NCBI GenBank assembly: GCA_963678855.1
Contig: OY787448.1
Coordinates: 1,348,615 to 1,412,614, forward strand
Origin: Bacteroidaceae bacterium
GTDB lineage: Bacteria > Bacteroidota > Bacteroidia > Bacteroidales > Bacteroidaceae
Length of the DNA: 64,000 bases
Direction of reading: 5' to 3'
Shown here: in pieces, positions 27,127 to 35,339 of the stretch
Position numbering within the stretch: the first letter of the stretch is position 1
Layout of the letters: each line of letters starts with the position of its first letter
Notes under the pieces: model-generated
What the model was told of the DNA's origin: nothing
The model's input: the letters and a program-made list of their open reading frames with translations, nothing else
The model's database searches: none
Position numbers and translations under genes: made by a program

Positions 27127-29442
27127 ATGAAGAATTACTTTAAATTCGCGATGTACGGTGCATGTGCACTTGCTACAACAACATTTGCATCATGTTCTAG
27201 AGACGGTCTTGACACGCCAAACCCGGATCCAAATCCAGAACCAGTATCAACAGTGCTTTCAGGTGCACTTAGCGTTAATATGACTCTTGATGCAACTAAA
27301 ACTTATACTCTAGAAGGTGCTCTTGCAGTAAAGGATGGTGTTAAGTTGACAATCCCTGCTGGTACTCGCATCGAAGCCAAGGAAGGTTTTGGTAACTACA
27401 TCGTAGTTGAACAAGGTGGCCAAATCTTCGTGAATGGTACATCTAGCCAACCAGTTGTCATGACTGCTGACAAAGCTAACGCTGGCTCAGGTTACTGGGG
27501 TGGTCTTATCATCAATGGTAAAGCGCGTATTTCAGGTGATTCTTCTGATTTTTCTCAAAATACTGGTAAAACAGAGATTGACAACGCACTTTCTTATGGT
27601 GGTGACTTAGACAACGACAACTCTGGTTCTATCACATACCTAGAACTTCTTTATACAGGTGCAAAGAGCTCTGCAAGTGTTGAGCACAACGGGTTGACTC
27701 TTAACGCAGTTGGTTCGGGTACTACAATCGAAAACATCTACATTCTAGAATCAGCTGATGATGCAATCGAGTTCTTTGGTGGTTCAGTAAATGTAAGAAA
27801 CATCCTTGCAGTCGACTGTGATGATGACATGTTCGACTTTACTCAAGGTTACCACGGTACTATCACAAATGCTTATGGTATTAACGAAGAAGATTTCCAA
27901 TCTACAGAAGGTGACCCACGTGGTATCGAGTGTGATGGTAACTTCGATGGTCTTAATCCACAAGCTCATGGCCAAACAGATTTGACTATCCATAACCTAA
28001 CAATTCAAATCAACTCTACTGCCTCTCGTCCAGACGAGTCAGGTGATGTTGAAGATATTATTAAGATTCGTCGTGGTGCTACAGCCAACATCACTAACGC
28101 TTTGGCAATCGGTGCTGCATCTCACAAAGACATCATCGATATGCACGACAAGAAAGGCGCTGGTACAGAAGCTTCTGTAATCGAATTGACTACTTCTTTG
28201 ACAGGTGCTATGTCTGGTAAAGCAATCAACACTGACGAAGGCACAAGCTATCCTAATGTTGAAATCGTTCCTGGTAACGATGGTTGTGACTTCTCTAACT
28301 TTGCGTGGACTAGCTACTCTGGTTCTAGCAATGCTACTGAAAGCCTTTCTGGCGATATCACTTCTACAAAAACTTTGAGTGCAAGCACTACTTACTACCT
28401 AGAAGGTGCACTTGTAGTAAAAGAAGGTGGTGACTTGATTATCCCTGCTGGAACAACTATCCTTGCTCGTGAAGGTTTCGGTAACTACATCCTTGTAGAA
28501 ATGGGTGGTCAAATCCACGCAAACGGAACAGAAGCTGCACCTGTTACTATCACTGCAGACGTTGCAAACGCTGGTTCAGGTTACTGGGGGGGGCTTATCA
28601 TCAACGGTAAAGCTCACATCTCTGGTGCTAGCGAAACTCACTCTGCTAATACAGGTAAGACTGAAATTGACAATGCTGTAGCTTATGGTGGTGATGTTGA
28701 TGATGATAACTCAGGTTCTATTACTTACCTAAAGCTATTCTATACAGGTGCAAAGAGCTCTGCAAGTGTTGAACATAACGGTTTGACACTCAACGCTGTT
28801 GGTTCAGGTACTACAATCGAAAACGTATACGTACTAGAATCGGCTGATGATGCAATCGAATTCTTCGGTGGTTCAGTAAACGTAACAAACTTTATCGCAG
28901 TTGACTGTGATGATGACATGTTTGACTTCACTCAAGGTTACCACGGTACTATCACAAACTGCTATGGTTTGGACAACCCAGATTTCCAATCTACAGAAGG
29001 CGATCCACGTGGTATCGAGTGTGACGGAAACTTCGACGGTGTAACTCCAATGGACTTCTACCAAACTGATATGACAATCAATGGTATGACTCTTGAATTC
29101 AACTCTACTGACTCTCGTGTTGATGGTCCAGACGTTGAAGATTGTATTAAGATTCGTCGTGGGTCTAAAGCAAACATCACTAATGTAGTAGTTAAGGGGT
29201 CTGCAACAGTTAAGGATCTAGTTGACGTAGCAGATAAGAAAGGTTTTGCTGCTGCAGGCACAGTAATCTCTATTCTTAATCAACTGACAACAACTGAAGC
29301 TTATGACTTGATTGAGTATGATAGCAAGAATTCTGCTGGTGAAGCAATCTCTGCAGATCCCGCTGACTATACAATCACAACAAATGTTACTGCAAACACA
29401 GGTGCTGATACTGCAGCATTTGCTTGGACAGGAATTTTCTAA
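27127..29442 (+). CDS. uncharacterised surface lipoprotein composed of two tandem ~363-aa modules (predicted beta-helix-like)
   Basis: 771 aa. Lipoprotein signal (LATTTFASCSRDG), Pro-rich linker (PNPDPNPEP), then two homologous modules. It lies 44 nt downstream of the TBDR. No SusD-like TPR features. Confidence 0.85.
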   Translation: MKNYFKFAMYGACALATTTFASCSRDGLDTPNPDPNPEPVSTVLSGALSVNMTLDATKTYTLEGALAVKDGVKLTIPAGTRIEAKEGFGNYIVVEQGGQIFVNGTSSQPVVMTADKANAGSGYWGGLIINGKARISGDSSDFSQNTGKTEIDNALSYGGDLDNDNSGSITYLELLYTGAKSSASVEHNGLTLNAVGSGTTIENIYILESADDAIEFFGGSVNVRNILAVDCDDDMFDFTQGYHGTITNAYGINEEDFQSTEGDPRGIECDGNFDGLNPQAHGQTDLTIHNLTIQINSTASRPDESGDVEDIIKIRRGATANITNALAIGAASHKDIIDMHDKKGAGTEASVIELTTSLTGAMSGKAINTDEGTSYPNVEIVPGNDGCDFSNFAWTSYSGSSNATESLSGDITSTKTLSASTTYYLEGALVVKEGGDLIIPAGTTILAREGFGNYILVEMGGQIHANGTEAAPVTITADVANAGSGYWGGLIINGKAHISGASETHSANTGKTEIDNAVAYGGDVDDDNSGSITYLKLFYTGAKSSASVEHNGLTLNAVGSGTTIENVYVLESADDAIEFFGGSVNVTNFIAVDCDDDMFDFTQGYHGTITNCYGLDNPDFQSTEGDPRGIECDGNFDGVTPMDFYQTDMTINGMTLEFNSTDSRVDGPDVEDCIKIRRGSKANITNVVVKGSATVKDLVDVADKKGFAAAGTVISILNQLTTTEAYDLIEYDSKNSAGEAISADPADYTITTNVTANTGADTAAFAWTGIF
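27256..28344 (+). repeat. intragenic tandem duplication, copy 1 (1,089-bp period)
   Basis: Copy 1 starts at LSGALSVNMT (aa 44). Long stretches are near-identical at DNA level to copy 2, for example 27652.. versus 28741.. (tatacaggtgcaaagagctctgcaagtgttga...). Confidence 0.9.
28345..29439 (+). repeat. intragenic tandem duplication, copy 2
   Basis: Copy 2 starts at LSGDITSTKT (aa 407), exactly 363 codons after copy 1. Shared blocks: YTGAKSSASVEHNGLTLNAVGSGTTIEN, LESADDAIEFFGGSVNV, AVDCDDDMFDFTQGYHGTITN, FQSTEGDPRGIECDGNFDG. Confidence 0.9.
28586..28593 (+). repeat. G8 homopolymer inside the lipoprotein coding sequence
   Basis: tac tgg ggg ggg ctt (YWGGL). The homologous site in copy 1 reads tac tgg ggt ggt ctt. 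Confidence 0.95.
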
Positions 29443-29490
29443 GCCTCACAGAGGATTAGACTAAAGGCCATAGGCCATATAATGCTAGTG

Positions 29491-29524
29491 ACCGCGGGCG
29501 TGTTAAACGACCCGCGGTTTTTTG
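29491..29524 (+). terminator. intrinsic terminator of the TBDR-lipoprotein pair
   Basis: ACCGCGGG-(12 nt)-CCCGCGGT followed by TTTTTT, 49 nt after the stop. Confidence 0.8.
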
Positions 29525-29577
29525 CATTATACGATAAAAAAAACATCAAAACGATTGGTTAAATCATAAATAATCAC

Positions 29578-29585
29578 TAACTTTG
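29578..29585 (+). promoter_or_regulatory. -7 promoter box (TAACTTTG) for the HicB-like mini-ORF
   Basis: Matches TAnnTTTG, 42 nt upstream of the ATG at 29627. Confidence 0.45.
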
Positions 29586-29626
29586 CGCCCGTAAGAAAGA
29601 ATATTCTCACAATAAAAATTATTATT

Positions 29627-29806
29627 ATGAATTTCAACGAAAATGATTTTGTGATTGAATCGACTGCTGATGGCGGTTTTTTCGCTTACCTATCATCGAA
29701 CTTGCAATGCAGCGCTTACGGTGACTCTTACGAAGAAGCCGAGGAAAACTTGCGCGCCAATGTGGAAGAATTTATTGACACTTATTATAGCATCGAGGAG
29801 TACTAG
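29627..29806 (+). CDS. HicB-like / UPF0150-family small protein (59 aa)
   Basis: My own translation, since the ORF is below the track's size cut-off: MNFNENDFVIESTADGGFFAYLSSNLQCSAYGDSYEEAEENLRANVEEFIDTYYSIEEY. It fits the HicB N-terminal pattern (..DGG[YF].A..P.L.GC...G.T.EEA..N..EA...). It has its own -7 box. Confidence 0.6.
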   Translation: MNFNENDFVIESTADGGFFAYLSSNLQCSAYGDSYEEAEENLRANVEEFIDTYYSIEEY

Positions 29807-30111
29807 ACAACTAGTGCTCCTTTTTGTTTTAAGATCAGTTCCACTACTCTACGAGCGAATACACACGGTAGATTTGACTTTATAAGACAAGAATCTAATT
29901 TTCTTGTCTATACTTTGTAGCCCCTTGCCTTTAACAATTGATTTAAGGCGAGAAGGTTTTTGGCCTCTTGTCGAAACAGTTCGACAATTATTCAACTATA
30001 GGAACAAAATAGTTGTATCCCAGCAGAGTTTCTTTATATACATAATGGATACAGTGATATCGATTTGGCCTTTTTTAAAGCAAAAGATTTCTTGCTTTGA
30101 GGGATTTTATC

Positions 30112-30119
30112 TATTTTTG
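30112..30119 (+). promoter_or_regulatory. candidate -7 promoter box (TATTTTTG) for fbaA
   Basis: Matches TAnnTTTG, about 100 nt upstream of the fbaA ATG. Confidence 0.35.
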
Positions 30120-30219
30120 CAGCAATCCCGTCATCCCTATACAAATTGCTAATTGCAAGATTTAGGTTTATAGGGTAGTAATAGGTATTTGATTTCAATT
30201 AAACATAAACTTTATCAAG

Positions 30220-31215
30220 ATGATTAATTACAAAGATTTGGGTCTTGTAAACACAAAAGAGATGTTTGCAAAGGCAGTTGAAGGCGGTTATGCTATCCCA
30301 GCATTTAACTTCAACAACATGGAGCAAATGCAAGCTATCATTCAAGCTGCAGTTGAAACAAACTCTCCAGTAATCCTTCAAGTTTCTAAGGGTGCTCGTA
30401 ACTACGCAAACGGTACTCTTCTTCGTTATATGGCACAAGGTGCTGTTGAGTACGCGAAAGAACTAGGTTGTGAGAAACCACAAATCGTTCTTCACTTAGA
30501 CCACGGTGATACTTTCGAAACTTGTAAGAGCTGTATCGATGCTGGTTTCTCTTCTGTAATGATCGATGGTTCACACCACCCATATGACGAGAATGTAGCA
30601 TTGACTAAGAAGGTTGTAGACTACGCACACCAATTTGGTGTAACTGTAGAAGGTGAGCTAGGTGTACTTGCTGGTGTTGAAGACGACGTTGTTGCAGAAC
30701 ACCACACATATACTAAGCCAGAAGAAGTAGAAGACTTCGTAACTAAGACTGGTTGCGATAGCTTGGCTATCTCTATCGGTACTTCTCACGGTGCTTACAA
30801 ATTTACTCCAGAACAATGTACTAAGGATGAGAACGGTGTTCTTGTTCCTCCTCCATTGGCTATGGACGTATTGGAAGGTTGCCAAAAGATGATTCCTGGT
30901 TTCCCAATCGTACTTCACGGTTCTTCTTCAGTTCCACAAGAAGAAGTTGAAATCATCAACAAGTATGGTGGTGCATTGAAAGCTGCTATCGGTATTCCAG
31001 AAGCTTGGTTGCGTGAAGCTGCTACATCTGCAGTATGTAAGATCAACATCGACTCAGATAGCCGTCTAGCTATGACAGCTGCTGTACGTAAGGTATTCGC
31101 TGAATCTCCAGCTGAATTCGATCCACGTAAGTACCTAGGTCCTGCTCGTGAAAGCATGAAGAAAATGTACATGCACAAGATCAACGCAGTACTTGGTTCA
31201 AACGACAAGCTATAA
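30220..31215 (+). CDS. fbaA: class II fructose-1,6-bisphosphate aldolase
   Basis: 331 aa. YAIPAFNFNNMEQ, HLDHG zinc ligand region, GTSHGAYKF, VLHGSSSVP. Confidence 0.95.
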   Translation: MINYKDLGLVNTKEMFAKAVEGGYAIPAFNFNNMEQMQAIIQAAVETNSPVILQVSKGARNYANGTLLRYMAQGAVEYAKELGCEKPQIVLHLDHGDTFETCKSCIDAGFSSVMIDGSHHPYDENVALTKKVVDYAHQFGVTVEGELGVLAGVEDDVVAEHHTYTKPEEVEDFVTKTGCDSLAISIGTSHGAYKFTPEQCTKDENGVLVPPPLAMDVLEGCQKMIPGFPIVLHGSSSVPQEEVEIINKYGGALKAAIGIPEAWLREAATSAVCKINIDSDSRLAMTAAVRKVFAESPAEFDPRKYLGPARESMKKMYMHKINAVLGSNDKL

Positions 31216-31246
31216 TCTATACAGATTAGATTTTAGTCTATAATAC

Positions 31247-31290
31247 AAAGCTGGCTATAAGATTTAGTTCTTATAGCCAGCTTTCTTTAT
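31247..31290 (+). terminator. intrinsic terminator of fbaA
   Basis: AAAGCTGGCTATAAG-ATTTAGTT-CTTATAGCCAGCTTT (15-bp perfect stem) followed by CTTTAT. Confidence 0.8.
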
Positions 31291-31687
31291 GTCAAAAATA
31301 AACAGGAAATAGATACATAATACATGAAAGCACAAGCGAAACACACAAGAACAGAATTGACAAGTTTGTCGTTTATTTATCATAACTTTTGTTGCATAAT
31401 CAATAGCGTCAGGTTTAGTTCCAAAGTCCTATAGAAACACAATAAGCTAAACATTTGCGCCCTGCCACATAGACCATTATTAACAAAATCCCTGTAGCTA
31501 GCAAGAAAAACAGAAATAAAGGCTAGGAAAGTATAGAAATAGACTAAAGTTATTAAGTTTCAAAAGAAACTATCAATCTATAGCACAATACAGCAACTCA
31601 CCAAGATAAACAACAAATACTTTTTTTCAGCAATTTACGAACTACACCAAGCAAAAGCTGCAAAATAAAAAATAATTAGCGATTTCC

Positions 31688-31718
31688 TTTGATAATAAAA
31701 TATTGATGCTTATCTTTG
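31688..31718 (+). promoter_or_regulatory. Bacteroidetes-type promoter (-33 TTTG, 19-nt spacer, -7 TATCTTTG) with no downstream ORF
   Basis: TTTG at 31688..31691 and TATCTTTG at 31711..31718. No ORF of 60 aa or more in any frame between here and the terminator at 32096. Confidence 0.4.
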
Positions 31719-32095
31719 AACCATAATTCAAAACATACAGTAGATCAACCACTACTCTATGTACTGATTAAGCTAAATATAAAGTAAGAGTATCATGTAG
31801 ATATTGTTTCAACAACAACTTTATATTTTAAAGATAAAATAAGTACACTGACTAAACTAACCCAAGAAAAGGAATTACTTAGTCAAGATGTCTATTTTAT
31901 CTTACAAATAAAACTAGTATAATAACTTAACAAAACATATGAATAATCTCTGCAACCTTAGATGCATAAAAAAAACTAAGGAAGTTCAGCGGAACGTATA
32001 GAGATAATAAGTTATAAAAGAAACTTTCGATTTGATTTATAAGTACACAAAACGCAAGTCTTGAACTATGTGGGAACATGGAAAAGATTGAAACA

Positions 32096-32129
32096 GGGGG
32101 CACTCTTGGTGAGCCCCCCCTTTTTTTTT
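32096..32129 (+). terminator. strong intrinsic terminator at the end of the ORF-free region
   Basis: GGGGGC-ACTCTTGGTGA-GCCCCC(CC) followed by T9. Confidence 0.8.
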
Positions 32130-32164
32130 AATATAATTGAAACGACTTCCTCAGCATTTATTTG

Positions 32165-32172
32165 TATTTTTG
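32165..32172 (+). promoter_or_regulatory. -7 promoter box (TATTTTTG) for ppk1
   Basis: Lies inside the 5' extension of the tracked ORF, 19 nt before the ATG at 32191. This argues for the downstream start. Confidence 0.45.
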
Positions 32173-32190
32173 TCTCATAAGAGCTCAATA

Positions 32191-34284
32191 ATGGCCAAAG
32201 AAAGGAATAAAAAACAGACAAAAATGATAAACAACAGAGAACTTAGCTGGCTATGTTTTAACAAACGAGTTATGCAAGAGGCACAAGATCAAACTGTACC
32301 TCTTTTACAGCGATTGCGCTTTCTAGGTATATTTTCCAATAATCAAGATGAATTTATAAAAGTACGTGTTGGAAATTTAGTGCGTTTTAGCCGCATGGGT
32401 AAAAACGCGCCTATAATGACAAACAATTATCACCCAGCTGATTTACTCCCTATTATAAATCAGAGGATTACTGATGACTTCCAACTATTTCAAAAGACAT
32501 ATGATGAGATTCTTTTGGAAATGGAAGAAAACAATATACATGTACTTAATGAAACAGAGCTCAATCAAGAACAAAAGGATTTCTGTCGTAACTACTATCT
32601 AAATGTCATATCCCCTCGCATCGTACCATTAATGGTGCGTAAAACAGCTCCACTTCCCTTCCTTAAAGATGGGCACGTATACATGGCGGTTAAAATGTGG
32701 ATCGGTCGTATCTCCAGATTTTCAATTATACAGCTACCGATATCCAAAAAAAGCCCTAGATTTGTTGTCCTTCCCTCTAGCAAGAAAAAACGTCATGAAG
32801 TCATTTTCTTAGATGATATCATTCGACTATGTCTGGATGAGATATTCTTTATGTTCCGCTACGACAAAATCACGGCTCACACCTTTAAAATTCTTCGAGA
32901 TGCAGTAATGCCTCTAGACGAAGATGTCAGTTTAAGTATGGTAGAGAAAATGGAACGCGGCATTGAGGCTCGTCAACACGGCGAGGTCATCAGAATGATT
33001 ATCGATAAGAAGATGCCAACTGATGTAGCACGTACAATAGCAAACAAACTAGGCTTAAAAGAGAACTCTGACTTTATCCAACACGGTACACGCTACCACT
33101 TGATGAAGGATTTAATGAAGTTTCCAGCTCTGGTACCAGAACTGGAAAACAAACCTCAAAACGCTAGTGGGCACCCTTACGTTAAGCCCAATCAAAGCAT
33201 TATGAAAGTAATTAAGCAACACGACATCATGCTTAATTATCCGTATCAAAGCTTTAATCACTTTATTGATTTCTTGCGAGAAGCCGCAGTCGACCCGAAT
33301 GTACAAAACATCTACATCACACTATACCGCGTTGCAGAGCGTTCTAAAGTAATCAACGCCCTAATCAATGCAGCTCGCAACGGGAAACACGTAGTAGCTC
33401 TAGTAGAACTCCTTGCTCGGTTTGACGAAGAACAAAATGTAGAAAACATAGACATCCTTCAAGAAGCTGGAGTTAAGGTTATCCATGGTGTAGATGGCCT
33501 CAAAGTACACAGCAAAATTTGCCTTGTACAAAGATATGAAGCTGGTTTTTTGAAAGGATACACCTACATCGGGACTGGCAACTTCAATGAAGACACAGCT
33601 CGAATTTATGGTGACCTTGGTCTGCTTACCTTTGACCAAACCATCGCTGAAGACGCTGGCAAAGTTTTTGAGTTTCTTCAACACCCACACTACCACTTCA
33701 ACTGCGAAAGGCTAATCGTATCTCCATATTTTATGCGTGACGAATTCAACATGCGCATTGATAGAGAAATTGAATTTGCACAAAAAGGAAAAAAAGCTTA
33801 TATTTACGCCAAGTGCAACAGTTTAACAGACGAAGATATCGTCAACAAATTGTATAAAGCGAGCGAGGCTGGAGTCAAAGTTCGCCTTCAAATCCGCGGT
33901 GCATGCTGCTTGCAACCCGAGACAAAAGGATTAAGTGACAACATAAAAGTTCACAGCATTGTAGACAAATATTTAGAGCATGCACGCTTATTTATTTTCT
34001 ATAACGGAGGAGAAGACGAGACAATTATCAGCAGTGCTGACTGGATGACACGTAACCTTAACCGACGTGTCGAAGTGGCTGTACCAATCACAGACAAACG
34101 AATTAAAAAAACATTACACAAGTTTTTCGATATTCAATGGAGTGATAATGTAAAAAGCCGTACAATGTATGATTTTGAATCAAACAACTACGTTGAACCC
34201 AAAAAAGACAGCCAACAAGTACGCGCTCAGCTAAAATTACATAGTTTCTACGACGAACTTGACGAGAAGCACAAAAAGAAATAA
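32191..34284 (+). CDS. ppk1: polyphosphate kinase 1
   Basis: Start at MAKERNKK. NRELSWLCFNKRVMQEA N-terminal signature. Two PLD-like HKD segments (KVHSKICLV; EHARLFIF). Confidence 0.93.
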   Translation: MAKERNKKQTKMINNRELSWLCFNKRVMQEAQDQTVPLLQRLRFLGIFSNNQDEFIKVRVGNLVRFSRMGKNAPIMTNNYHPADLLPIINQRITDDFQLFQKTYDEILLEMEENNIHVLNETELNQEQKDFCRNYYLNVISPRIVPLMVRKTAPLPFLKDGHVYMAVKMWIGRISRFSIIQLPISKKSPRFVVLPSSKKKRHEVIFLDDIIRLCLDEIFFMFRYDKITAHTFKILRDAVMPLDEDVSLSMVEKMERGIEARQHGEVIRMIIDKKMPTDVARTIANKLGLKENSDFIQHGTRYHLMKDLMKFPALVPELENKPQNASGHPYVKPNQSIMKVIKQHDIMLNYPYQSFNHFIDFLREAAVDPNVQNIYITLYRVAERSKVINALINAARNGKHVVALVELLARFDEEQNVENIDILQEAGVKVIHGVDGLKVHSKICLVQRYEAGFLKGYTYIGTGNFNEDTARIYGDLGLLTFDQTIAEDAGKVFEFLQHPHYHFNCERLIVSPYFMRDEFNMRIDREIEFAQKGKKAYIYAKCNSLTDEDIVNKLYKASEAGVKVRLQIRGACCLQPETKGLSDNIKVHSIVDKYLEHARLFIFYNGGEDETIISSADWMTRNLNRRVEVAVPITDKRIKKTLHKFFDIQWSDNVKSRTMYDFESNNYVEPKKDSQQVRAQLKLHSFYDELDEKHKKK

Positions 34285-34299
34285 TTAAAATAAACGCCT

Positions 34300-35190
34300 A
34301 TGGACACCATACTTGCTGCAATTGATATAGGCTCAAACGCCATCCGCTTGCTAATTAATACTATAAGTAAAAACAGCAATGGAGAAGATGAGTACAAAAA
34401 GACGTGTTACGTCCGTATGCCTATTCGTCTTGGTGAAGATGTGTTTTCTAATGGACATATTTCTGAAGAAAAGATCTATCGTATGAGAGAAGCCTTTCAA
34501 GCCTTCTCTCACTTAATGCGTGCCTATCGTGTTCAAAGCTTTAGATGTTGTGCTACAAGTGCCATGCGCGAAGCCAAGAATGGACAAGAAGTAGCAGATA
34601 AAATCTTTGACACTAGTGGCATCCATATAGAAATCATTTCAGGAAAAGAAGAAGCTGACTTAGTATATAAAGCAGGAGATTACACAGAACTACTTGATCC
34701 TACTAAAACTTATTTATCTGTCGATGTAGGTGGTGGTAGCACAGAGATTATTGTCTATTCTAATGGGAAGAAACTAAACAGTTACTCATTTAGAGTAGGT
34801 ACAGTACGCTTGCTCAATGACAAGTGCACAAAAGAATTTGAGCACATGAAAGAATGGCTACAAGATATTGTAGACAAGCATCACCCCGATACTATTATTG
34901 GCTCTGGTGGTAACATCAATAAAGTTCACAAATTGCATAACAAAAAACGTAATGAACCTCTTTCCTTTTTTGAGCTAAAGCGCCTATATGCCTCACTTAA
35001 ACCACTTTCTTTCGAAGAACGAATGAAAGAGTATGGTTTGAACACTTATCGTGCCGACGTTATTGTCCCTGCTCTTAAAATTTTCATCACCGTGGCTATG
35101 CAATGCGATATTGGTCAAGTGATCGTTCCCAAAGTAGGTCTTAGTGACGGTGTTATTCATCAACTATATCAACTTGAACTAAAGAAATAA
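34300..35190 (+). CDS. ppx: exopolyphosphatase (Ppx/GppA family, short form)
   Basis: 296 aa. ASKHA-fold motifs AAIDIGSNAIRLLI, CATSAMREAKNG, DVGGGSTEI. Immediately downstream of ppk1. Confidence 0.88.
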   Translation: MDTILAAIDIGSNAIRLLINTISKNSNGEDEYKKTCYVRMPIRLGEDVFSNGHISEEKIYRMREAFQAFSHLMRAYRVQSFRCCATSAMREAKNGQEVADKIFDTSGIHIEIISGKEEADLVYKAGDYTELLDPTKTYLSVDVGGGSTEIIVYSNGKKLNSYSFRVGTVRLLNDKCTKEFEHMKEWLQDIVDKHHPDTIIGSGGNINKVHKLHNKKRNEPLSFFELKRLYASLKPLSFEERMKEYGLNTYRADVIVPALKIFITVAMQCDIGQVIVPKVGLSDGVIHQLYQLELKK

Positions 35191-35196
35191 ATATTA

Positions 35197-35234
35197 AACC
35201 GGTGTATTTCATAAGAGAAATGCACCGGTTTTGC
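35197..35234 (+). terminator. intrinsic terminator after ppx
   Basis: AACCGGTGTATTTC-ATAAGA-GAAATGCACCGGTT followed by TTGC (short T tract). Confidence 0.65.
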
Positions 35235-35339
35235 ATAATTCCCAACCATATTGGTAGTCATTATAGAATCTAAAAAAAGTTGCATTATTAATTCTGGCAA
35301 ATTATTTGTAAGCTTAAGACGAATTATTAATTTTGCGAT

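Noticed and set aside
27784-29261. Antisense ORFs inside the lipoprotein gene (27784..27993, 28740..28931, 28873..29064, 29058..29261).
   Set aside because: They are antisense to a strongly supported CDS. Two of them are offset by exactly the 1,089-bp duplication period, so they are artefacts of the repeat.
29655-30152. ORFs at 29655..29885 (76 aa) and 29904..30152 (82 aa, TTG start), considered as possible HicA-like partners of the HicB-like mini-ORF.
   Set aside because: The first overlaps the HicB-like ORF out of frame. Neither resembles HicA, having no dsRBD-like basic motif. Both have hydrophobic, low-complexity composition typical of spurious AT-rich ORFs.
32078-32131. 17-codon ORF MEKIETGGTLGEPPLFF at the end of the ORF-free region.
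   Set aside because: Its 3' half is the G5C/GC5 terminator stem plus the T9 tract, so the coding appearance is most simply a by-product of the terminator.
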